Virus record (IMG/VR): IMGVR_UViG_3300009151_000087
Coordinates: 1-56,017 of that record
Direction: 5' to 3' (one strand)
DNA: 56,017 bases
DNA from: a virus
Lineage: Duplodnaviria; Caudoviricetes
This document shows, piece after piece, positions 21,067-28,124 of this stretch. The notes under the pieces were generated by a model, which did not search any database, was not told the DNA's origin, and saw only the letters and a program-made list of their open reading frames with translations. The translations under genes were made by a program, and so were the position numbers. Position 1 is the stretch's first letter; each line of letters opens with the position of its first letter.

Positions 21067-21981
21067 ATGACTATCGGATTATTGCCAAGAAAAACAAAAT
21101 ATTTAAATAATCGAGATTTACTAGCAGAAATACACAGAAGCAAATGCTCATATTCCAGTTTTGAAAAACCAGAATATCACCAATACGATATTATCCTAAC
21201 CAGCCTAGATAAAGTTAACATACGTACTGTTGCCGACGCCAAACGAACCCAGGCCAAACGTCTAGGACTACACGCATTCGCAGCAGCAAGAATGTCCGGA
21301 GATAAGAAAATCAAACTGTCAGAATGCACAGCAGATTATAAAACTATCGCAAAAACGGATATAATCATCCGGATAATGACATTTGATCACATACCGTTAG
21401 CACCGGGTCGTAAGAAAACCACTAAAACCACAGCAGACAGTCATGATAAGGTAAACTTTCCTCCTTATCAACATTGGAAGTTTGACGATCAAGATGAATT
21501 GGTATGTATTGGTAAAAGCCATTGGAAAGGATCTGTATCCTCTGGTAAATTCAGTAAGGATCACGGACGTATTACCGAGAATCTCGGTAAGATGTTTATT
21601 AAATTGTCCGAGCGTTATGCCCAGCGTAGCAATTGGAGAGGATATACCTATGTGGACGAAATGAAAGGTCAGGCCATCCTACAACTAAGTCAAATTGGAC
21701 TACAGTTTGATGAAAGTAAATCAGAGAATCCCTTTGCTTACTATACTGCTGCCGTAACCAATTCATTCACAAGAATTTTAAATTTAGAAAAGAAGAGTCA
21801 AAACATACGTGATGATCTGTTAGAAGAAGCGGGTCTTACTCCTAGTCTTACCAGACAAAATAGTCAAGAGTATGCTAGCGAAATTGCTAGACAGGCCGAA
21901 CTATACAAAAATATGCGTATGCCCAAGAGTGAAGAAATATCCGAAGAAGAAGAAATAGAAGACGGTAATATTGAAGATTGA
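21067..21981 (+). CDS. gp55: Late-transcription RNA polymerase sigma factor, T4 gp55-like
   Basis: YLNNRDLLAEI and RSNWRGYTYVDEM...FDESKSENPFAYYT...NSF match gp55 motifs; acidic C-terminal tail; T4-like order 55-47-46. Confidence 0.85.
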   Translation: MTIGLLPRKTKYLNNRDLLAEIHRSKCSYSSFEKPEYHQYDIILTSLDKVNIRTVADAKRTQAKRLGLHAFAAARMSGDKKIKLSECTADYKTIAKTDIIIRIMTFDHIPLAPGRKKTTKTTADSHDKVNFPPYQHWKFDDQDELVCIGKSHWKGSVSSGKFSKDHGRITENLGKMFIKLSERYAQRSNWRGYTYVDEMKGQAILQLSQIGLQFDESKSENPFAYYTAAVTNSFTRILNLEKKSQNIRDDLLEEAGLTPSLTRQNSQEYASEIARQAELYKNMRMPKSEEISEEEEIEDGNIED

Positions 21982-22006
21982 CCTACTATCTAGCATCTGC
22001 TACACT
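21978..22006 (+). promoter_or_regulatory. Host sigma70-type promoter for gp47/gp46
   Basis: TTGACC (21978-21983), 17-nt spacer, TGnTACACT (TACACT at 22001-22006), then SD AGGAG. Confidence 0.65.
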
Positions 22007-22025
22007 CGTTGTAGGAGAATAATTA

Positions 22026-23039
22026 ATGCCATTGTTTAAGAAGGTAGCGTGTTTCACCGATATTCACTTCGGTCTAAAATCTAATAGTATAACGCATTTA
22101 AGAGATTGTGAAGAATTCGTAGACTGGTTTATTCAAGAAGCCAAGACCGCAGGGTGTGAAACTGCGATCTTCTTGGGTGACTGGAGTCATAATCGTAACA
22201 GTCTAAACTTATTCACACTAGACAGCAGTTTACGCTGCCTTGAAAAACTAGGCGCGGCATTTGAACAGTTTTTTTGGTTTCCGGGCAACCACGATCTGTT
22301 CTACAAAGACAAGCGTGACATTCATTCGAGTGCTTTTGGTCGGCACATTCCAGGCGTCACTGTTGTAGACAGTATATGGACCCGGGATGATGTCACACTT
22401 GTACCTTGGCTAATAGGCGATGAGTGGAAGTCTATGAAAGACATTAAGAGCAAATATGTATTTGGTCACTTCGAATTACCCAAGTTCTTTATGAACGCTA
22501 TGGTACAAATGCCCGATCACGGTGAACTTAGAGCAGAGGATTTTAACGGTCCAGACTATATATTCAGTGGACACTTCCATAAACGACAAGAAAACAACAA
22601 GGTGATCTACATCGGTAATGCGTTTCCCCACAATTACAGTGATTCGTGGGACGATGCTAGAGGTATGATGACATTAGAATGGGGTGGCGATCCTGAATTT
22701 ATCGACTGGCCCAACTGTCCCAAGTATCGTACCATTAAATTAAGTGATCTTATTGATCGCAAAGACGATGTAATGAAAAGCAAAATGCATTTCAGAGTCA
22801 ATCTTGATATTGATATCAGCTTTGAGGAAGCAAACTTTATCAAAGAAACATTTATTGCCGAGCATGACATACGAGAAATCAGTCTAGTACAGGATAAAAA
22901 CAATCTAGAGGGGTCAGTGGATGAAAACACCGATGCTAGATTTGAAAGTGTTGATCAGATTGTTACGGAACAGCTGGTTAATATTGATTCAGGAAACTTT
23001 GATGTCGCTACCTTGTTAGAAATTTATAACAATCTATGA
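22026..23039 (+). CDS. gp47: Recombination nuclease subunit, Mre11/SbcD-like
   Basis: Metallophosphoesterase motifs DIHFG, GDW, GNHD, GHF, SGHFH. Confidence 0.93.
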   Translation: MPLFKKVACFTDIHFGLKSNSITHLRDCEEFVDWFIQEAKTAGCETAIFLGDWSHNRNSLNLFTLDSSLRCLEKLGAAFEQFFWFPGNHDLFYKDKRDIHSSAFGRHIPGVTVVDSIWTRDDVTLVPWLIGDEWKSMKDIKSKYVFGHFELPKFFMNAMVQMPDHGELRAEDFNGPDYIFSGHFHKRQENNKVIYIGNAFPHNYSDSWDDARGMMTLEWGGDPEFIDWPNCPKYRTIKLSDLIDRKDDVMKSKMHFRVNLDIDISFEEANFIKETFIAEHDIREISLVQDKNNLEGSVDENTDARFESVDQIVTEQLVNIDSGNFDVATLLEIYNNL

Positions 23040-24817
23040 CCTTTCTAATTAAAAATTTAACTGTACGAAACTTTATGAGTGTGGGTAACCAGACTCAAGC
23101 AGTGGACTTTAAGAAACAGGCACTGACATTGGTGCTAGGATCTAACCTCGACCTGGGTGGAGATGACACTGGATCGCGTAACGGCACGGGTAAAACTACC
23201 ATTATCAATGCGTTGAGTTACGCTTTGTATGGGCAGGCTCTCACAAACATACGCAAAGAAAACTTGATCAACAAGATCAATGGCAAAGCCATGTTGGTTA
23301 CTGTAGAATTTGAAAAAAGTGGTGTTAATTACCGTATTGAAAGGGGACGTAAGCCCAATGTACTCAAGCTATTTGTCAATGATAACCAGTTAAAAACTGA
23401 AGAATCCGAAGACGATAGCCAAGGAGACAGCAGAGAAACACAGAAGGCCATTGAGCAAATGCTAGAGATGAGCCATACCATGTTCAAGCATCTGGTTGCG
23501 TTAAACACCTATACAGAGCCATTTTTGTCAATGAAGGCTGCTGATCAACGAGAAGTTATTGAACAACTTCTGGGTATCACTCAGCTGAGCGAAAAAGCAG
23601 AAGTACTCAAGTCGCAGATCAAAGAAACCAAAGATTCTATACAGGTAGAAGAATTCAGGATCGGCGGCGTTAAGATTGCCAACGAAAATGTACAGAAAAG
23701 TATTGATAGTCTTGAGATAAAGAGTAGTGCGTGGGAAACAAAGAAGACCACAGATATAGAAAATATTGGTCGTGCCATGATGCGGCTTGAAACTGTTGAT
23801 ATTGAAGCAGAATTACGAGCACATCAGCAACTTAAGATATGGCTTGAGCACAATACCCGAGTTCAAAACTTACAAAAGCAACGAGCAACTTTAGATTCCG
23901 CACTAGGACATGCTGAAAGAAGTGTTAAGAAGTATGAGAAGGAACTGGCAAGTCTTGCAAATAAAACATGTCATGCTTGCGAACAGGAACTTCACGATCA
24001 TAAGCATGAAGAAATGTCTGCGCTGGCTCAGGCACAGCTAGACGAAGCTTTGAAATATTTTGATAAAATATCTCAAGACTTACAAAAGATCTTGGATGAG
24101 ATTGGCAACGGGGATACACCACACAAACCGTTGACGTTTTATGACACCGAAGCAGAGGCATTAGGACACAAGAACAACTTGGATGGACTTGAACGCAATC
24201 TAACCTCTAGGATTGACGAATTAAATCCTTACCAAGAACAGGTACAGGAACTGAAAAAGACAGCCATACAAGAAGTTAATTGGGATACTATTAATTCTTT
24301 GACCAAACTCAAAGATCATCAAGAGTTCTTGCACAAACTATTAACCAACAAAGATAGTTTCATCCGTAAAAAGATAATTGATCAGAATTTAAATTATCTC
24401 AACAAGCGGCTGACCTACTATATTGACAAACTTGGATTACCTCACCAGGTTGTATTCCAAAACGACCTTACTGTTGAGATCACACAGCTGGGACAAGACC
24501 TAGATTTTGATAATCTAAGTCGAGGTGAACGCAACAGATTGATACTGAGTATGAGTTTTGCTTTCCGAGATGTTTGGGAAGGATTGTATCAGCATATCAA
24601 TTTATTGTTTATTGACGAACTGGTCGATGCCGGAATGGATGCTGCGGGTGTGGAAAGTGCCCTGGCGGTTCTAAAGAAGATGGCCAGAGAACGCAATAAG
24701 AATATATACTTGATATCACACAAGGACGAGCTAGTGGGCAGGGTAAACAATGTGCTTCGAGTAATCAAAGAAAATGGTTTTACCTCCTACAGCAACGATG
24801 TAGACTATGTCGACTGA
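23036..24817 (+). CDS. gp46: Recombination ATPase subunit, Rad50/SbcC-like
   Basis: Walker A NGTGKTT, coiled coil with CHAC zinc hook, signature LSRGE, Walker B LLFIDE, H-loop ISH; ATGA overlap with gp47. Confidence 0.93.
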   Translation: MTFLIKNLTVRNFMSVGNQTQAVDFKKQALTLVLGSNLDLGGDDTGSRNGTGKTTIINALSYALYGQALTNIRKENLINKINGKAMLVTVEFEKSGVNYRIERGRKPNVLKLFVNDNQLKTEESEDDSQGDSRETQKAIEQMLEMSHTMFKHLVALNTYTEPFLSMKAADQREVIEQLLGITQLSEKAEVLKSQIKETKDSIQVEEFRIGGVKIANENVQKSIDSLEIKSSAWETKKTTDIENIGRAMMRLETVDIEAELRAHQQLKIWLEHNTRVQNLQKQRATLDSALGHAERSVKKYEKELASLANKTCHACEQELHDHKHEEMSALAQAQLDEALKYFDKISQDLQKILDEIGNGDTPHKPLTFYDTEAEALGHKNNLDGLERNLTSRIDELNPYQEQVQELKKTAIQEVNWDTINSLTKLKDHQEFLHKLLTNKDSFIRKKIIDQNLNYLNKRLTYYIDKLGLPHQVVFQNDLTVEITQLGQDLDFDNLSRGERNRLILSMSFAFRDVWEGLYQHINLLFIDELVDAGMDAAGVESALAVLKKMARERNKNIYLISHKDELVGRVNNVLRVIKENGFTSYSNDVDYVD

Positions 24818-25184
24818 AAAATACGATAGATATAAAGAATTATATTCAAAATATATAGATCATGCTGTGATAGTGCATAACTATCATTACGCATTCCTTA
24901 GGACTCTAGGTAAAGAATCCGGAGTGAACGTTAGGCGGTCTCTTACCAGTATGCTGGTACTGGAAAAAGAGTTACGTAGATTAAGTCTTGAAGTTTTTAA
25001 AGAGCATCAAGCTAATCTGAAAGAAGGAAAACGCCGTAAGAGAGAAGAACTCATTAAAATTAAAAAAGCAGGCCCGGGTCGAGGTAGACCCAGGACTAAA
25101 GAAGTTAAAATCAAACGAAGCCGTATAGGCAGACCAAGAAAGGACGAGGTACTTAAAAATGACAACATCAACACAACAAATTAA
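24807..25184 (+). CDS. Basic putative DNA-binding protein with two AT-hook-like motifs
   Basis: 125 aa, K/R-rich C-terminus with PGRGRPR and IGRPRK; overlaps both neighbours in operon fashion. Confidence 0.6.
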   Translation: MSTEKYDRYKELYSKYIDHAVIVHNYHYAFLRTLGKESGVNVRRSLTSMLVLEKELRRLSLEVFKEHQANLKEGKRRKREELIKIKKAGPGRGRPRTKEVKIKRSRIGRPRKDEVLKNDNINTTN

Positions 25185-25356
25185 AGATCAAATGGATGAC
25201 TTCTTAAAAGAGGATGCGAAATTTGAAGCAGGCAATGCTGCTGCTGGAACTCGCGCTCGCAAGGCATTAGGTGAGTTAGCCAAGGCTGTCAAGGCCCGAC
25301 GTAATGAAATCACTGCTGAGAAGAATGCTCGCAAGGAAGCCAAGACAGCAAAGTAA
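25159..25356 (+). CDS. Histone H1-like (Hc1-family) small DNA-binding protein
   Basis: KFEAGNAAAGTRARKALGELAK...RRNEI matches the Hc1-type GNxAAGTRARK motif; SD GAGG upstream. Confidence 0.75.
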   Translation: MTTSTQQIKDQMDDFLKEDAKFEAGNAAAGTRARKALGELAKAVKARRNEITAEKNARKEAKTAK

Positions 25357-25359
25357 TCA

Positions 25360-25788
25360 ATGACTTGGTACCATAAAGGTTCTATAGTTACAGAACTGCC
25401 TGAAGATTGTGTGGGGTTTGTTTATCTCATCTCATGCAACATTTCTGGCAGACTCTACGTTGGTAAAAAATTAGCAAAATTTAGTCGAACCGCCTACAAG
25501 ACTGTAAAGTTGAAGAACGGCACAAAAAAGAAAAAGAAAATTAGAAGCAAAATAGATAGTGACTGGCAGGAATATTACGGGTCCAGTGCGGAACTTACCG
25601 CAGACATAGAAAAATTAGGCAAAGAAAATTTCACAAGAGAGATATTACACTACTGTCGTAGTAAAGCAGAAACATCATACATTGAGGCCCGTGAACAATT
25701 CGACCGCAAAGTATTGGAATCAAACGAATATTATAACGGACAGATCTCAGTCCGTGTCCATGGCTCCCACATAATTAAAAAACCCTAG
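25360..25788 (+). CDS. Minimal GIY-YIG (Seg-like) nuclease
   Basis: GFVYLI-x7-LYVGKK, WQEYYGSS, ENFTREIL, conserved E in SYIEAREQ, C-terminal YYN; 142 aa with no appended DNA-binding domain. Confidence 0.75.
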   Translation: MTWYHKGSIVTELPEDCVGFVYLISCNISGRLYVGKKLAKFSRTAYKTVKLKNGTKKKKKIRSKIDSDWQEYYGSSAELTADIEKLGKENFTREILHYCRSKAETSYIEAREQFDRKVLESNEYYNGQISVRVHGSHIIKKP

Positions 25789-25794
25789 GCTCAG

Positions 25795-26225
25795 TTAATC
25801 GGTAAAAGCTCGCGCAGGCTAATTTCATGCGCCCGGAAACCTGGATTTTGGATCACAGGGAGGGAAATCTCTTGCCGATAAGAGTGCTCAACTACTACCC
25901 GAAAGGATGAAGATCGCTACCAAGACCTGCGATTTAGTTGTTTGAAGATGAATGTATAGGCAAAAAGAAGGGAGAAAAACCCTGGGTTTACAATATGATA
26001 GCGTATATTTGTAAACTGCCGTTGTATGAAGACGGAGCTCGTGGTACCGGACAACCGCCACTGTAATGCTCCAACGCTGTGTGACTGTTCGAACTCGGAT
26101 AATGTCTTTTTTCGCCCTTGAGCGGGCGAAGTGTGACCAAGGAATCTGGATAATATTAATTCGTCTCATAGACGAAGTAAAATGCTCTGAGTGCGAACGA
26201 AAGAGCAAATGAGCGTTAGCTCATT
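25795..26225 (+). ncRNA. Candidate large structured non-coding RNA, unclassified
   Basis: Largest non-coding gap in the window, more GC-rich than its flanks, with at least 11 stems found by eye including nested multi-way junctions and a GAAA tetraloop. Strand inferred from G-U pairs, the GNRA loop and flanking gene direction. Confidence 0.6.
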
Positions 26226-26231
26226 ATATAA

Positions 26232-26239
26232 TATAAATA
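26232..26239 (+). promoter_or_regulatory. Late promoter TATAAATA (perfect T4 consensus)
   Basis: Exact match followed by SD AAGGA and ATG at 26264. Confidence 0.75.
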
Positions 26240-26263
26240 AAAGATGATAAGGAAATTACTCTC

Positions 26264-26959
26264 ATGCGTATAAATGAATTACTCAGTGAAGAACAACTTG
26301 ACGAAATAAGTCTCGGAAAAAGAATTGCTGCAAAAGCAGCACGATTTGCTCAAGGAGCCGGCGATGTTATTGGCGGTACACTTGGAGGAATTGCCGGGGC
26401 ATGGAACAGAGGAGAGAAGGCTTATCAAAGAGGAAAATCTGTAGTTGATCCTTCAGGCAATCCAGGATCAGCAGGCGGAACAACCACTACTACTGCTACC
26501 GGTACTACAACAACAGGTGGAACAAACGCAGCAGTGCCGGCCGCTGCCGCAGCACCTGCAGGAACAACAGATCCAACTGCTGCCGCAGCACCGGCTGCTG
26601 GAACAAATCCTGCTCCTGAAGCGCCGGCAGGAACAAATACAGGTGGTACCAGTTATGATACACAGGCAGGAAAACCTCAAAGTGCTCCAGGTAATAGACA
26701 AAAAGGTGATATAGTTAGATCTGGGCAAAATACATTCCAATACACAGGCGAACCTGGAAAAGAATGGTTTGTTGCCAGCGGTCCACTACAAGAACCAAAT
26801 CCTCAAGCAGATAGATATAACAACATTCAAGCTGTTGGTGGTAAGAAATTTATCAGCGCAGACAATGCCAAACGCAATCTACAAGTTTCAGAGCGTAAGA
26901 AGCTGAAAAAGAAAATTGTTGCCGAATTCCACAGCAACTTCCTAGGCATGATAATTTAA
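26264..26959 (+). CDS. Late-expressed hypothetical protein, possibly head-internal
   Basis: 231 aa; late promoter and SD; N-terminus MRINELLSEEQLDE; disordered T/A/P/G-rich middle; basic C-terminus. Confidence 0.65.
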   Translation: MRINELLSEEQLDEISLGKRIAAKAARFAQGAGDVIGGTLGGIAGAWNRGEKAYQRGKSVVDPSGNPGSAGGTTTTTATGTTTTGGTNAAVPAAAAAPAGTTDPTAAAAPAAGTNPAPEAPAGTNTGGTSYDTQAGKPQSAPGNRQKGDIVRSGQNTFQYTGEPGKEWFVASGPLQEPNPQADRYNNIQAVGGKKFISADNAKRNLQVSERKKLKKKIVAEFHSNFLGMII

Positions 26960-27174
26960 AAGAACGGAACTCCGCTGTCTTTGGTTATCTCAAGATTCTT
27001 TTCAATAATCTTTGATATTATTTCTCTTTCTTCGTAGCTGAGCATTAGACTTTCAGTGTAGCTGATGCTACCGCGCATGTACCAACAGATTCTAAATAAT
27101 TCGTCTTTTAAGGCTTTTGATTCTAGTTCGTAGTCTTTAACAGCCTGTTCAATTCCTGCTATATCAAGAATCAA
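26956..27174 (-). CDS. gp51-like baseplate hub/tail assembly chaperone segment, probably expressed by -1 frameshift from the upstream ORF
   Basis: LFRICWYMRGSISYTESLMLSYEEREII resembles gp51/GT-type helical domains; only a TTG start without a well-spaced SD. Confidence 0.6.
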   Translation of the reverse strand: MILDIAGIEQAVKDYELESKALKDELFRICWYMRGSISYTESLMLSYEEREIISKIIEKNLEITKDSGVPFF

Positions 27175-27179
27175 AAGCC

Positions 27180-28037
27180 TTAGACGAAAAAAGTTGATGG
27201 ATCAAAAGTAATAGGAACTTCTACAGTTTCACCTTTTACACCTTTTTCCTTCATTTCGTCTGTTACTGCTACTATCATGGGTTTGACAGCATTGGCATCT
27301 CTTAACATTTCTAGATGTTTCTGAATACTGTTAAAAATATCTTTGTCAATGTTTTCCACAAACTCTTTGATAAACTTAGGATCATCTGTGCTACCGTGGA
27401 TGCTGTCAACCCTGCTGATACTGTCGCTGATGGTGCTTAATGTAGCATCACTTAAAGTTTTAAAACTTTCTTGGAACATTTTAACTTTATCATCATCGGT
27501 GATTTCTTTGTTGTTGACCATCTGCATAAGTTTCTGTGTTTCAAAAGTCTTGATGGCTGCTGAACTGATCTGACGATAGGTAAGTGGTCGAACAAATACC
27601 GTTAATTCTTCATTTACTGGTACTGTGTCAGTCCAGGTAATCTGATTCATTAAACTATCCATGACCATACGTAGATCAACTTGATATTCTAATTCTAGAT
27701 CTTCACCAAATTTAATTGGAGTTGTCATTAATTCTCCGTAGGTGGCCAAGCGAATGGCGATTAAAATCATGTCAAGGTCAATGTTTGGAGTATTCCACGC
27801 ATTTTTGATGTTGGGTACGCAGTGCTGTATAACGTCTACTACTGCTTGTCCATTCATGAGTGCGTCGGGTACTTTTAACATCAATTCATCTTTGGCTGTC
27901 ATTGAATATACTGGATACTCTCCAGATTCTGAAATTTCCAAACTATCTTGCGGCCAAAATGATCCATTACTAGGTAATCTAATATAGATTTTTGGTTGGC
28001 GCATGTACATGGACAGCGGATTTGCAGTTGAACTCAT
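27180..28037 (-). CDS. gp26: Baseplate hub assembly protein, T4 gp26-like
   Basis: PKIYIRLPS, MTAKDELMLK, DLDMILIAIRLATYGE, VRPLTY; SD GGAG; next to the tape measure gene. Confidence 0.7.
   Translation of the reverse strand: MSSTANPLSMYMRQPKIYIRLPSNGSFWPQDSLEISESGEYPVYSMTAKDELMLKVPDALMNGQAVVDVIQHCVPNIKNAWNTPNIDLDMILIAIRLATYGELMTTPIKFGEDLELEYQVDLRMVMDSLMNQITWTDTVPVNEELTVFVRPLTYRQISSAAIKTFETQKLMQMVNNKEITDDDKVKMFQESFKTLSDATLSTISDSISRVDSIHGSTDDPKFIKEFVENIDKDIFNSIQKHLEMLRDANAVKPMIVAVTDEMKEKGVKGETVEVPITFDPSTFFV
27186..27192 (-). other. Slippery heptamer T TTT TTC (candidate -1 programmed frameshift site)
   Basis: ACT TTT TTC GTC TAA at the end of the gp26-like ORF; the -1 frame is open into ORF 26956..27174. 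Confidence 0.65.
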
Positions 28038-28053
28038 AGTATTTGTCTCCGAA

Positions 28054-28100
28054 TAAATAACTTATAAAGATAACAGGGCATCTTATTCAATGTATTTATA
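28054..28100. promoter_or_regulatory. Face-to-face late promoters: TAAATA on + (28054-28059) and TATAAATA on - (28093-28100)
   Basis: Both motifs seen in the 87-bp gap between the divergent gp26-like and tape measure genes. Confidence 0.65.
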
Positions 28101-28124
28101 TACGTATAGAATCACGGAAAAACA

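Noticed and set aside
25888-26208. 106-aa minus-strand ORF across the structured region
   Set aside because: No SD, no recognisable motif, opposite to flanking genes; dense base-pairing explains the region better
25795-26225. Assignment of the structured region to group I/II intron, RNase P RNA, tmRNA or tRNA
   Set aside because: TCAACTACTA..GAAGAT, GAGGGAAATC and GTTCGAA give only superficial resemblance. I found no GACTA/TAGTC P7 pair, group II domain V, RNase P 3' P4 strand, cloverleaf or CCA end, and no interrupted gene. An Rfam search is still needed.
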